NCBI GenBank assembly: GCA_041748155.1
Contig: JBGTDT010000030.1
Coordinates: 14,894-78,893, forward strand
DNA length: 64,000 bases
Reading direction: 5' to 3'
DNA from: Thermosynechococcaceae cyanobacterium
Lineage (GTDB): Bacteria > Cyanobacteriota > Cyanobacteriia > Thermosynechococcales > Thermosynechococcaceae
The translations under genes were made by a program, and so were the position numbers. A model generated the notes under the pieces. That model worked only from the letters and a program-made list of their open reading frames with translations, was not told where the DNA came from and did no database searches. Shown here piece after piece: positions 9,314 through 18,667 of this stretch. Position 1 is the first letter of the stretch; each line of letters begins with the position of its first letter.

Positions 9314-11407
9314 TTAAGGCTGAGGCTGGGGAGGCTGAGGTTTTATCAGCTTTTGGGCCTCTGGGCTAGGACTGTATTGATAGCCATATGCTGACTGGTC
9401 AGAATTATCCATGATCCGAGGTGTGACAAGCACAACCAACTCTCTCCGTTCCCTGTCTTTTGTTTCTTGGCGGAATAGCCGCCCCAGTAAAGGAATATCA
9501 CCGAGAATAGGTACTTTACTAACGTCAGCTCGGTCTTCATCTTGAATGATGCCAGTTAGGACCAAGGTTTGACCATCCCGTAAGCGCATCCGTCCAGTCT
9601 CTAAGCGACGTTGTTGTAACAGCGTACCTGTTGTTCCTGACACCTGAAATGTGCCGCTGGGAACACTTACCTCTGGTGAGATCTTTAAAGAGAGAAATCC
9701 GTTGTCATCAATCTGGTCAACAGTCACATTGAGGATGACTCCGGCAGGTCGAATAATCGGCGTTTCTGTGATGGTAGGTAGCGCCCCAGTTGCACCAACA
9801 GCAGTCGTCTCTCTTTTAACTCCTGAAAAAATTTCCTGAGTTAGGTTAACTTGAGCTGCACTACCCTCCTGAACAATCAGCGTGGGGCTTGTGAGAATTT
9901 TTGCAGATCGATCTCGAATAGAGGTGGCTAGGTTGAGCAAGAAGCTATTACCCAGGACTGCACCAATTTGAAATACACCGTTAATAAACCCAGATACTAC
10001 CGTATCAGTCGAATTAAAGTTAATATCGGCATTTGCACTACGTTGCTTTAGCAAATCAACGTCTACTATTTTGACCTCAATTACTGCTTGCCTACGGCGA
10101 ATGTCCATTTGCGTTAGCAAGGAAGTAGCAATTTCAACCGTCCGGGGAGAGCCGATAAGTGTCACCGTATTTGCCCTAGAATCAGCAACTACCTCTAACC
10201 CTTCAAGGAGGGTACCACTTGCTTCTTCACTGGTACTACTAGCAGCTTTTTCACTGGTACTACTAGCAGCTTCTGCTCCACCACCACCGTTGGCTCCGTA
10301 GGACTCCAGCATTTCCTTGGCTCCAAGTCCCCGAATTACCTCTGTCGTTTGTGTACCCCGATTAAGTGCAGTTACTGCAAGTGAGGATGACCCTTCCGAT
10401 CCGGTTGCTGAAAATTGACCTCCTTCCTCACTAATCTGTGCTTCTCCAGAGGTTCCACTGGCAGAACCACCTGTTTGAGCAGTAGTGATGGTTGTGTCAA
10501 TGGTAGTTGTCTTAGAAGTAGCTTTAATTTGGTTTAGCCGATAGGTCCGCACAATCCGATTTCGAGCAATTTCTGGCAAGGCTTGACCCACAAAAATGGT
10601 GTTGCCGACTCGATTTGCCTGAAGGCCACTTAATCGGAGAACATAGTTGAAAACATCCTGAACTGGTTCGTCTTCGACATCTAACGAAACTTTAGGTCCT
10701 CCTGTGACTGCTCCAGTAGATGTTTCCCCGTTTCCTTCAGCAAAAGCGATATTGATACCTGCTGCCCGTCCTAAAAGAGTTAAAACCTCTCGTACGGGGG
10801 CTTCCCTGAGCAATAGCTTGGGAATACGCTCAGTCGTGCCTAGGTCAATAGTGTCAGGAAGTACCTCAATTGGAGCAACGGCAATATCTCCAGTGGGGGG
10901 GGCGACGGCGCGGGGGAGCACAGGCGGTGTAGCGTTGGGTGTTTGCCCGGTACTGGGGGGTTGGGAGGGTGCAGGGGTTGCTGGTTGATTGGCTACAGTG
11001 TCAGGCGCTTTGATGAAGTTGAGGGCCAAGCCGGGACCATCTCGGCGGATGACTTGCCCAATCGGAGCTCTGGTGGCACCGCTGACTACGACCTGAACGG
11101 TGTTGGCATCAAGCTGGCGCACCTCTACTGCGGTAATACCGGGGACGGGGTTTTCCTGGCGGAAGGGCTTGCCACCGGGTAGGCGAAGTTGGGTGTTGGC
11201 AATGTCAGCAACGGAGTTGTTGCCGCGACTAACGGTAAAAATGGGCGGGCGGTTATTCCCCTGGGTCTGGAAAACGAGTTCAATCCCTAGAGACGTGGGT
11301 TTTAATTGAATCGCGGTCACTTCTGTTGGCGCAGCCCAAACAGGATGGGCGATCAGCGTTAGGACTACTGCGCCGATCGGTATTCCGGTTAATCCCTGAT
11401 ATCTCAT
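9314..11407 (-). CDS. pilQ: Type IV pilus secretin PilQ
   Basis: 697 aa with an N-terminal signal peptide. The C-terminal secretin signature is VSKVPILGDIPLLGRLFR...LVVLVTPRI. It is the last gene of a pilM-N-O-Q run. Confidence 0.9.
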   Translation of the reverse strand: MRYQGLTGIPIGAVVLTLIAHPVWAAPTEVTAIQLKPTSLGIELVFQTQGNNRPPIFTVSRGNNSVADIANTQLRLPGGKPFRQENPVPGITAVEVRQLDANTVQVVVSGATRAPIGQVIRRDGPGLALNFIKAPDTVANQPATPAPSQPPSTGQTPNATPPVLPRAVAPPTGDIAVAPIEVLPDTIDLGTTERIPKLLLREAPVREVLTLLGRAAGINIAFAEGNGETSTGAVTGGPKVSLDVEDEPVQDVFNYVLRLSGLQANRVGNTIFVGQALPEIARNRIVRTYRLNQIKATSKTTTIDTTITTAQTGGSASGTSGEAQISEEGGQFSATGSEGSSSLAVTALNRGTQTTEVIRGLGAKEMLESYGANGGGGAEAASSTSEKAASSTSEEASGTLLEGLEVVADSRANTVTLIGSPRTVEIATSLLTQMDIRRRQAVIEVKIVDVDLLKQRSANADINFNSTDTVVSGFINGVFQIGAVLGNSFLLNLATSIRDRSAKILTSPTLIVQEGSAAQVNLTQEIFSGVKRETTAVGATGALPTITETPIIRPAGVILNVTVDQIDDNGFLSLKISPEVSVPSGTFQVSGTTGTLLQQRRLETGRMRLRDGQTLVLTGIIQDEDRADVSKVPILGDIPLLGRLFRQETKDRERRELVVLVTPRIMDNSDQSAYGYQYSPSPEAQKLIKPQPPQPQP

Positions 11408-11477
11408 CCTTCACCCCCCACAGAAATACGTTGATATTTACTTCACTCGCACCAAGCTGGTCAAAACTTAATTGGAC

Positions 11478-12212
11478 TTATTGATTTGGTTGACCTTCCG
11501 CAGGTGGATTCTCAGCAGGTTGGGCTGCCTTGGCCGCTGCCGCAGCTTCTTCTGGTGTTAAGGGCACATAAGCATGGAGCTTAAAGGAAGAGAGAACCCG
11601 GTTCTGCGGTTGAGTCTGGTCGCTTGCCTCTGGTAGCGTTGCTGAGAAGTCTTTGACGACCAGCAAGGTTTGTAGTCGCTCCAAGTTACGCATGATTGCT
11701 AAAGTCTGACTGAACGTACCATTAAAGGCGACAGTGCTCACCTGACGCTTCAGCTTGCCATTTAGCTCTGGGCCTAGAGATCCATCAGTAATGGGTCCTG
11801 AAGCCCCAAAGTCCGGTGTAAAAGTAACGAGTTGGGCCGCACTTTGGCTGACTAAACGATTCAGGTCGAGCAGGAGGGTATCTAAGCTTCTCTGGGTTGA
11901 GAACAACGAGCGCACGTCCGTGTTTATAGCTTTGGCCCGATCAAGGCTAGCTCTGATTTCGTTGATCCGCCTGACAGTTTCCTGCTTCTGTGTTAGTTCT
12001 GTCTCTTTTGTCTCAATACTGGCTCTCAGTTCCTGCTGACGCGCATAGGCGGGGGCGACAAATTTAGTGCCAAGATAAATTGCTGCCCCAAGACCCACGA
12101 TCGCAATTAAAACCCCACTCACCGCCGGAGTGAAGGTGACACCAAACACGGTGGGATAAGCTTGCTCTGCAACTTGAGTCTCGGTTGAACTGAACTCTCC
12201 ACTGAAGGTCAT
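11478..12212 (-). CDS. pilO: Type IV pilus assembly protein PilO
   Basis: 244 aa with one TM segment followed by a coiled-coil-like region. It lies between pilN and pilQ, and its start overlaps the pilN stop by 4 nt. Confidence 0.75.
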   Translation of the reverse strand: MTFSGEFSSTETQVAEQAYPTVFGVTFTPAVSGVLIAIVGLGAAIYLGTKFVAPAYARQQELRASIETKETELTQKQETVRRINEIRASLDRAKAINTDVRSLFSTQRSLDTLLLDLNRLVSQSAAQLVTFTPDFGASGPITDGSLGPELNGKLKRQVSTVAFNGTFSQTLAIMRNLERLQTLLVVKDFSATLPEASDQTQPQNRVLSSFKLHAYVPLTPEEAAAAAKAAQPAENPPAEGQPNQ

Positions 12213-12994
12213 GGCTGAAGTACTCCTTTCTCCTTCAGGGTCTGAATCCGCACAACTAGACCCGTGGCCCCTTTGCGATTTAATTCCCGCAACAGTTCGG
12301 AGGCTGGGACATCACTAAGGCTGCTTTGAATTTGATAAGTTGCTAAGGGCTTTGCCCCCGGTTGATTGTCTTCTTGAAGTTGAGCTTGCGTCAGTTGGGT
12401 CACGTCCTCTTTTAAGAAGGGCGACTTTTGTAAGGCCAACTCGAAGTCGTTGATAGCGCTAAAGGAAAGGGCATTGCCCTGAATCGTCAATCCTCCCGGT
12501 GGTGCTGTGGGGGGAGCCCCGCCTGCCGCTGGAGCTGGTGAAGGGCTGGGAGATGGTGACGGGGCAGGGCTACCGGCGGGGACGGCGGCGGGGGCAACTT
12601 GCTGGATGCTGGTAATTTGCAGTCCGGCGGGAACGCGATCGCGCAGGTCTTGTAAGGTTGCCGACCAGGGTTTGACTTGGTTAAACACACTGGCCAGAGC
12701 ATTGGTTTCTGCCGTCACTTGCTGTTCTTGGGACTTGAAGCTCTCAACCTGGCTTAATGCCGGGGCGAGCTGCGCCAATTGCTCATCTAGTTCTTGCTCA
12801 CGAGCCGTCAGCCGTTGATTCAGCAGCGTCAGAACCAGCAGGCAGGCCAGGGCTAAGCCGAGAAAACCGCCACTTGCCACAACACCCAACAGCAGCGGTC
12901 CCTGGTCAAACGCCGCCAAAACTCCTGGACGACTGGGTGCATCCTGCCTGTAACCGGGCCGGTCCTTAAGCAGATTAACTTCAACTGCGTACAT
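12209..12994 (-). CDS. pilN: Type IV pilus assembly protein PilN (with a Pro/Ser/Ala-rich insert)
   Basis: 261 aa. N-terminal VNLLK motif, single TM segment, position immediately after pilM. Low-complexity SPAPSPSPSPSPAPAAGGAPPTAPPGG. Confidence 0.75.
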   Translation of the reverse strand: MYAVEVNLLKDRPGYRQDAPSRPGVLAAFDQGPLLLGVVASGGFLGLALACLLVLTLLNQRLTAREQELDEQLAQLAPALSQVESFKSQEQQVTAETNALASVFNQVKPWSATLQDLRDRVPAGLQITSIQQVAPAAVPAGSPAPSPSPSPSPAPAAGGAPPTAPPGGLTIQGNALSFSAINDFELALQKSPFLKEDVTQLTQAQLQEDNQPGAKPLATYQIQSSLSDVPASELLRELNRKGATGLVVRIQTLKEKGVLQP

Positions 12995-12999
12995 TTTGG

Positions 13000-14091
13000 T
13001 TAAGCCTCTCGCAATCCTAGACCCATGACAACGCCTAATCCAGGTCGCTGAGCAGCGGGAATTTCTTCCATGACTTGCAGCGACAGGGCCTCAACGGGAT
13101 CAACTTGACTGGCAATTAAACCCAGACGCTGCGTCAGAAACTCATCCAGTTGGCCAATCCCGGCTCCCGGTCCGGCCAGGAGTAGCTGAGAAACTTCCAG
13201 GTTCTCTCCTTGATTGATATAGAAATCGATGGAGCGGCGCAGTTCATCGGCCAGTTCGCTGACAATCCGCAAAATTGCTGCAACACTGGGGTTGGGCGCA
13301 TTGGCATTGTCACCAAGCACGAGGGGAACTTCTATGCCCTGGAGCAAATCACTGCCCATCGAACTAGGAAGGTTCATGGCCCGGCTCACGGTGGTTTGAA
13401 TTTGATAGGTGCCGATTGGCACCCGGCGGGTGAATTGCGGAATCCCAGCCATGACAATACTTATTTCCGTACTGTCAAATTCAATGTCGGCGATCGCAAT
13501 GATTTCCTGGGGGGCAAACTGAAGCAACTGGTCTCGCAGGGTGCGGAGCAGGGCAAAACTACTTACCTCCAGCACGCTCAAGCTCAGTCCTGCTTGGCGA
13601 AAGGTCTCTAAATAGGAGTCGGTCACCTCTCTGGGCGTGGCAACGAGTAAAACTTCCTGTCGTTCAATCCCATCTTCATCAATGAAGGTACTGAGTTTCT
13701 GAAAGTCAATATCCGCTTCTTCTCGCGGAAAGGGTAAGTAAAGCCCAGCCTCCCGGTTCACATGCTCCCATAACTCTCGATCATCCATCTCCGCCGGTAC
13801 TGGCGGAATTAGGCGCACAATCGCTTCCCCCAAGGGTACTGAACTGGTTGCTTGCTTCACTTTTAGCTTCTTTTCCTCTAGACCGGAGCGGATTACCTCT
13901 GCCATCGCTGCCGGATCAACCACCCGCCCCTCTTGAAACACACCGGGAGGGACTGGAACCGAGGCCAACGCCGCTAGCTTGATCGCCTGGTTCTGCTTGC
14001 GAAGTTGAACAATATTGATGCGCTCAGGAGTCAGTTCAATTCCTACCCCTTTAGCAGCTTTTGGGAATAAATTTTTCAGTGAGGCGACCAC
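13000..14091 (-). CDS. pilM: Type IV pilus assembly ATPase-fold protein PilM
   Basis: 363 aa with a GTG start. Actin-like fold pattern (GIELTPERINIVQL ... LLAGPGAGI). First gene of the pilMNOQ run. Confidence 0.85.
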   Translation of the reverse strand: MVASLKNLFPKAAKGVGIELTPERINIVQLRKQNQAIKLAALASVPVPPGVFQEGRVVDPAAMAEVIRSGLEEKKLKVKQATSSVPLGEAIVRLIPPVPAEMDDRELWEHVNREAGLYLPFPREEADIDFQKLSTFIDEDGIERQEVLLVATPREVTDSYLETFRQAGLSLSVLEVSSFALLRTLRDQLLQFAPQEIIAIADIEFDSTEISIVMAGIPQFTRRVPIGTYQIQTTVSRAMNLPSSMGSDLLQGIEVPLVLGDNANAPNPSVAAILRIVSELADELRRSIDFYINQGENLEVSQLLLAGPGAGIGQLDEFLTQRLGLIASQVDPVEALSLQVMEEIPAAQRPGLGVVMGLGLREA

Positions 14092-14303
14092 AGCTTTTTC
14101 CAGTTCGCTAAAGAGATATGATTGGGACCAGGAAAGTCATTAAGCATCAGTGCGATCCCTGATGGCAGAGTACCCAACTTCCCTACCGTTGCATTCACAC
14201 CACTGTGTGTAGTTACAACCAGCAAAATTTATGCAAAAACCAATAATTTTTGCCAAGTGAACCCTTGTGTGGTGACAATATTTGCCGAGTCAAAATTAGA
14301 CCT

Positions 14304-15599
14304 ATGACCAAGATCAAAACCTGGAAGTTTGGAATTTTTGCCCTATTCGGTTTACTCCTCAGTTGGATGGTCAGTTGTAGTCCCGGTCCTACTGACAGTG
14401 GTAACCAGCAGGGCAGCACTCAAGAAGTTGAGTTTTGGACCATGCAGCTTCAGCCCGATCATACGGACTACTTCAACCAACTGATTGCCACCTTTGAGCA
14501 GGAGAATCCCGATATCAAGGTTCGCTGGGTGGACGTGCCCTGGTCAGATATGGAGCGAAAAATTCTTACGGCGGTTTCGGCTCAAACTGCGCCTGACGTG
14601 GTTAACTTGAACCCTAGCTTTGCCTCCCAACTGGCAGAGCGCAACGCCTGGCTGGAGCTAGACAGCAAAGTTCCTGAGCCAGTCCGCCAGCAGTACTTAC
14701 CGAGTATTTGGCAAGCAAACACCCTGAACGGTAAAACCTTTGGCTTTCCCTGGTACTTGACCGCGCGAGTGGCAATTTATAACCAGGATCTGCTCCGGCA
14801 AGCTGGAATTACCCAGCCCCCCGCCACCTATGCAGAACTGGCCCAAGCGGCAAAGCAAATCAAGGATAGAACGGGCAAGTACGCCTTTTTCGCCACCCTG
14901 GTTCCCGAAGATTCAGCAGAAGTGCTGGAATCCTTTGTGCAAATGGGGGTGCCTCTCTTGGACGACCAAGGCAAGGCAGCATTCAACACCCCGGCAGGGA
15001 AAGCAGCCTTCCAGTACTGGGTGGATCTCTACAAGAATGACTTACTCCCCCGCGAAGCCTTAACCCAGGGACATCGTTATGCCGTAGAACTCTATCAACA
15101 AGGACAAACCGCTGTCCTCGCCTCTGGGGCAGAGTTTCTGGAAACGATCGCCAAAAATGCCCCGTCCATTGCCCAGGTTTCGGCTACAGCTCCCCAAATT
15201 ACTGGCAAGACGGGTAAGAAAAACGTGGCCGTGATGGATCTGGTTATTCCTCGCTCTACCGATCAGCCGGAGGCAGCGCTCAAGTTTGCCCAGTTTGTCA
15301 CGAACAATGAAAACCAGCTCAGCTTTGCCAAGGCTGCAAATGTGTTGCCCTCAACCCTGGCCGCCTTGCAAGACGACTACTTTAAAACCGTGAGTGACCA
15401 GGCTTCGCCGATAGAAAAGGCCCGGATCGTCAGTGCCAGCCAGATGGACGCCGCCGAGGTGCTAATCCCAGCCATGAAGGACGTCAAGGTGTTGCAAAGA
15501 GCGATCTACGACAGTCTTCAGGCAGCCATGCTGGGTGAAAAAACCCTGGACCAGGCGATCGCGGATGCGGCCCAAACCTGGAATCAGGGTCGTGCCTGA
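14304..15599 (+). CDS. ABC-transporter extracellular solute-binding lipoprotein (carbohydrate type)
   Basis: The ATG at 14304 gives MTKIKTWKFGIFALFGLLLSWMVSC, a signal peptide with a lipobox Cys. The body resembles family-1 sugar-binding proteins (PWYLTARVAIYN, PDVVNLNP). The upstream TTG at 14250 is less likely. No permease or ATPase gene is adjacent. Confidence 0.8.
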   Translation: MTKIKTWKFGIFALFGLLLSWMVSCSPGPTDSGNQQGSTQEVEFWTMQLQPDHTDYFNQLIATFEQENPDIKVRWVDVPWSDMERKILTAVSAQTAPDVVNLNPSFASQLAERNAWLELDSKVPEPVRQQYLPSIWQANTLNGKTFGFPWYLTARVAIYNQDLLRQAGITQPPATYAELAQAAKQIKDRTGKYAFFATLVPEDSAEVLESFVQMGVPLLDDQGKAAFNTPAGKAAFQYWVDLYKNDLLPREALTQGHRYAVELYQQGQTAVLASGAEFLETIAKNAPSIAQVSATAPQITGKTGKKNVAVMDLVIPRSTDQPEAALKFAQFVTNNENQLSFAKAANVLPSTLAALQDDYFKTVSDQASPIEKARIVSASQMDAAEVLIPAMKDVKVLQRAIYDSLQAAMLGEKTLDQAIADAAQTWNQGRA

Positions 15600-16876
15600 T
15601 GGTATTTAAAAAAGTGACCGACTAGGTAGAGTGACCCACAGAGAACCAGCGGGGCTGGTTTGACAGTCTCAAGGCTGTTTTGAATGGCAATCTCCAGCCC
15701 AGTGACCAAGTCGGTACAGGTCTGGCAGTGTCCTAAGGTTGGACAGATTGCCCGGGCTAAGGTCACCAAGTCTTCTGGGTCGGCAGTGTCGTGGTCCGGG
15801 ACCGGGACGACGTACAACCGATCACCGGGTCGGAGCAAGGCCTTGAAGATATCGGCATGATCCTTGGTTGCCAGCATTCCCATCACCCAAGTAACGGATT
15901 GATCTGGCTTGACCACTCTTTCGTCCATAAACTGGCGCAGGGCTTGGGCAGCAGCAGGGTTGTGCGCTCCATCGATCAAAAGAGGTCGTGCCACCTGATG
16001 CTGGTCGATCCAGGTTGTCGATTGAATTCGACCAGGCCAGGTCGTCTTTGCCATCCCTGCGCTTATTGCGGCTTTTGAGATCTCCCAACCCTGTTGCCGC
16101 AGGACTTGAAGGGCGGCGATCGCTAGGGCTGAGTTGGTCAACTGGACTGCTCCCAGCAGCGGCAGGGGGTACTCAATCCCTTCAACAACAGCCCAGTCCT
16201 GACCCAGATCCACAGCGGGCTGAGGCCAGACCGCAGGACAGGCCAACTCGGCGATTCGTTGCGCCACCACTGCTCTGGCCTCAGTCGGTAAGGGTCCCAC
16301 CACGGCTGGACACTCCGGTTTCAGAATTCCTGCTTTTTCTCGAGCAATCTCAGCCAAGGTTGATCCCAGGCGCTGCCAGTGCTCCCGGCTAATCGAGGTG
16401 ATTATACTGACCAGGGGGCGATCGCAGACATTAGTGGCATCCAGGCGGCCCCCCAATCCCACTTCAATCACGGCCACATCGACCTGGTGCTGGGCAAAAT
16501 ATAACCAGGCTGCGGCAGTAATCACTTCAAACTGGGTTGGAGAAGGGCCAGGCCGGATCGCTTGTTGAACCTGTAGAAGCAATTCCTGGAACTCTGCTAA
16601 GGAAATTGCCTGTTCGTTTAGACAAATGCGATCGCACCAATCGACTAAATGGGGGGAGGTATAGCGGCCTGTGCGATAACCTGCCTGGGTTAGAATAGCT
16701 GAGAGATAGGCGCAGACCGACCCTTTACCATTTGTCCCCGCCACGTGGATGACAGGTATCCGCTCGTGGGGATTTCCCAAGGCAAATAAAAGCTGGCGAA
16801 TTCGCTCTAGACCAAGATGAACCCCAAAGCGTTCATAAGGTTTAAGGAGAGAATCAAGCGTCACAGCACTGTACAT
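15584..16876 (-). CDS. folC: Folylpolyglutamate synthase / dihydrofolate synthase
   Basis: 430 aa. Mur-ligase P-loop HVAGTNGKGSV, plus EVGLGGRLDATN and DGAHNPAAA. Confidence 0.9.
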   Translation of the reverse strand: MYSAVTLDSLLKPYERFGVHLGLERIRQLLFALGNPHERIPVIHVAGTNGKGSVCAYLSAILTQAGYRTGRYTSPHLVDWCDRICLNEQAISLAEFQELLLQVQQAIRPGPSPTQFEVITAAAWLYFAQHQVDVAVIEVGLGGRLDATNVCDRPLVSIITSISREHWQRLGSTLAEIAREKAGILKPECPAVVGPLPTEARAVVAQRIAELACPAVWPQPAVDLGQDWAVVEGIEYPLPLLGAVQLTNSALAIAALQVLRQQGWEISKAAISAGMAKTTWPGRIQSTTWIDQHQVARPLLIDGAHNPAAAQALRQFMDERVVKPDQSVTWVMGMLATKDHADIFKALLRPGDRLYVVPVPDHDTADPEDLVTLARAICPTLGHCQTCTDLVTGLEIAIQNSLETVKPAPLVLCGSLYLVGHFFKYHQARP

Positions 16877-16880
16877 TCAC

Positions 16881-17234
16881 TTACGGTGTGACTTGGAGGA
16901 TTTGGATTGATCTTACGGGTTTTGCAGTTTCAACCATGTCTTCTCGCAGCAGCGGCGCAGCAATCAGCGTACCATTCGTTCTCTTAGAGATCAGCATCCA
17001 CATCCTGCCATGCTCTCCACAGCAAAATTCTTCAATCCAAGTATTGTCGTTAAAGTAGATGCCTTCACTGGCTAGGAAACCTGCGTTTTCACGAAATATC
17101 ATGTGTTGTTTAATCTCTGACACTGCTTTGAAAAGCAAGTAATGCTTAGGGCTACTTACACGCCACAATCGTCGCTCACAGTAAATGCAGTGAAAGTGTT
17201 GGGGTTTTTTACCCTGACTAGGCTTGTTAGGCAT
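16881..17234 (-). CDS. Cys/His-rich conserved hypothetical protein, 4 nt upstream of folC
   Basis: The ORF track starts at the TTG at 17255. The ATG at 17234 (MPNKPSQGKK) is preferred. It contains HCIYCERR and EEFCCGEHG. No family was recognised. Confidence 0.5.
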   Translation of the reverse strand: MPNKPSQGKKPQHFHCIYCERRLWRVSSPKHYLLFKAVSEIKQHMIFRENAGFLASEGIYFNDNTWIEEFCCGEHGRMWMLISKRTNGTLIAAPLLREDMVETAKPVRSIQILQVTP

Positions 17235-18047
17235 TAGAGGTTTCCCTGATCTCAAGAGGGGTGGAATTGAATCGTAAGGGCACCGCTGCCGTTGCCAAAA
17301 GCATTAGAACTGCTTAAGTAACGGCGTCAGCCAACACGGGTTGAACGTAGGTGAGCAGGGACCTCTTACTTCCACCCCCCAGACCTACCTGCTAACGGCT
17401 CGAATCACCGTGATGCACTAGCGGTTTAACAAACTTGCCAAGTACCTAAGCTGCCGATCAAAGCTTGAAATAGACGCCTTAATTCGTCTTTAACTTGACT
17501 GCTTGGACAGCAAAAAATCGACAGTACCGTTAAAAAACTGGAAGGCTTGGAAGTCACATCCAATTTTTGAGTGCGTCTGTATTAGAACTAAGTGTTATTA
17601 ATCACATGCATTAGGAAAGGCACTTGCTAGCAGTCGCTGATTTCCTAAGCAGCAAAGAAAAGACACACCTAATCCCTTGACCAGAACAGCTAAAGTGCAC
17701 TCAACGGTGTCTTCTCAAACAGTCGGCAGTAGATATTTCGCTGGCTAAATTGGCAGACAGATTGTAGAACTTACTGAAAATTTTACCCCCAATCAAGGGA
17801 TATTTCTAAGCCTAGGTGTACTACGATTTTGAAATTCTGTCTCTGGTTAGAGAGGTTTCTGCTTTGAAGCTAAGACATGCTTTGAAACCCATAGGTCTGC
17901 CGAAGTACATTAGTAGCTCTAAAGCTGGCCGGAACTGATGGGGCAAACAAGCTGTCAAAGGCTTGAAGTAGTTACTTCGCCTCAAGTCTGGTTGACTCTC
18001 GCTATTCTGTGCTAGCTTGATTTAGGTTTCCCTGAAAACAATGGCCC

Positions 18048-18118
18048 GCGGGCGTAGTTTAGTGGTAAAACCTTAGCCTTCCAAGCTAATGATGGGGGTT
18101 CGATTCCCCCTGCCCGCT
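18048..18118 (+). tRNA. tRNA-Gly (anticodon UCC)
   Basis: Hand-folded cloverleaf of 71 nt. Acceptor GCGGGCG/UGCCCGC (one G-U pair), D stem GUUU/AAAC, anticodon stem UUAGC/GCUAA with loop CUUCCAA. Variable loop is 4 nt, T stem GGGGG/CCCCC with loop UUCGAUU, discriminator U. No encoded CCA. Confidence 0.9.
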
Positions 18119-18144
18119 TTGTGTGTTTGTGAATTACTGCTGTT

Positions 18145-18645
18145 TTACCATCCCCAGGTTCCGGCTGTCCCTTTAAAGGGTCCAACAATTTTGGAGGTGA
18201 TCCAGCCTCCGTAAAAGTCACCGGCCTGAGCTTGAACTTTCTCTCCATCTAGATAACAAGCATCTACTTGGCTGGGATAGATTGCCAGGTAACCTTGTAA
18301 GGCTTGAAAGTCTTTGCTAGGTGACTCATAACTCCAGGCAACATTCGGTGCTTCACGCTCACCAACGCGGATAGTCCAGTAGGTGGCACTGCCTTTAAAC
18401 TCACAAAAGCTGCTCCGGGGGGTGCGGCTGAAGTACTGCAGGCGAACATCCGCTGGAGGTAGGTAGTAAACGGGCGGATGACTAGTTTCTAGAACCCGGA
18501 TTGCCCGGTTTGTCTCAGTGATCGCTTGGCCATTGAAGACAACCTCAACCTGTTCTGACACCTGTTCCCAACGAGGGGGGCGGGGATAATCCCAGACAGA
18601 TTCCTGGCCGGGTTGCGGCTCGATTCTTTGCGGGCGCATAAACAT
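18145..18645 (-). CDS. DUF427 domain protein
   Basis: NRAIRVLETSHPPVYYLPPADV and FCEFKGSATYW match the DUF427 pattern. The ATG at 18645 (MFMRPQ) avoids overlap with the upstream gene. The ORF track extends to 18684. Confidence 0.7.
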   Translation of the reverse strand: MFMRPQRIEPQPGQESVWDYPRPPRWEQVSEQVEVVFNGQAITETNRAIRVLETSHPPVYYLPPADVRLQYFSRTPRSSFCEFKGSATYWTIRVGEREAPNVAWSYESPSKDFQALQGYLAIYPSQVDACYLDGEKVQAQAGDFYGGWITSKIVGPFKGTAGTWGW

Positions 18646-18667
18646 AGTTGTACTTCCTAAGAGCTTC

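Noticed and set aside
17238-18035. 12-bp direct repeat aggtttccctga at 17238-17249 and 18024-18035, bracketing the ORF-free region (possible target-site duplication of a MITE-like insert)
   Set aside because: By rough expectation, a 64-kb sequence should contain on the order of a hundred chance 12-mer repeats. No terminal inverted repeats lie inside the copies. The first copy overlaps the likely ribosome-binding region of the 16881-17234 gene.
18012-18248. 78-aa minus-strand ORF
   Set aside because: It runs straight through the tRNA-Gly gene and the 3' end of the DUF427 gene, so it is spurious.
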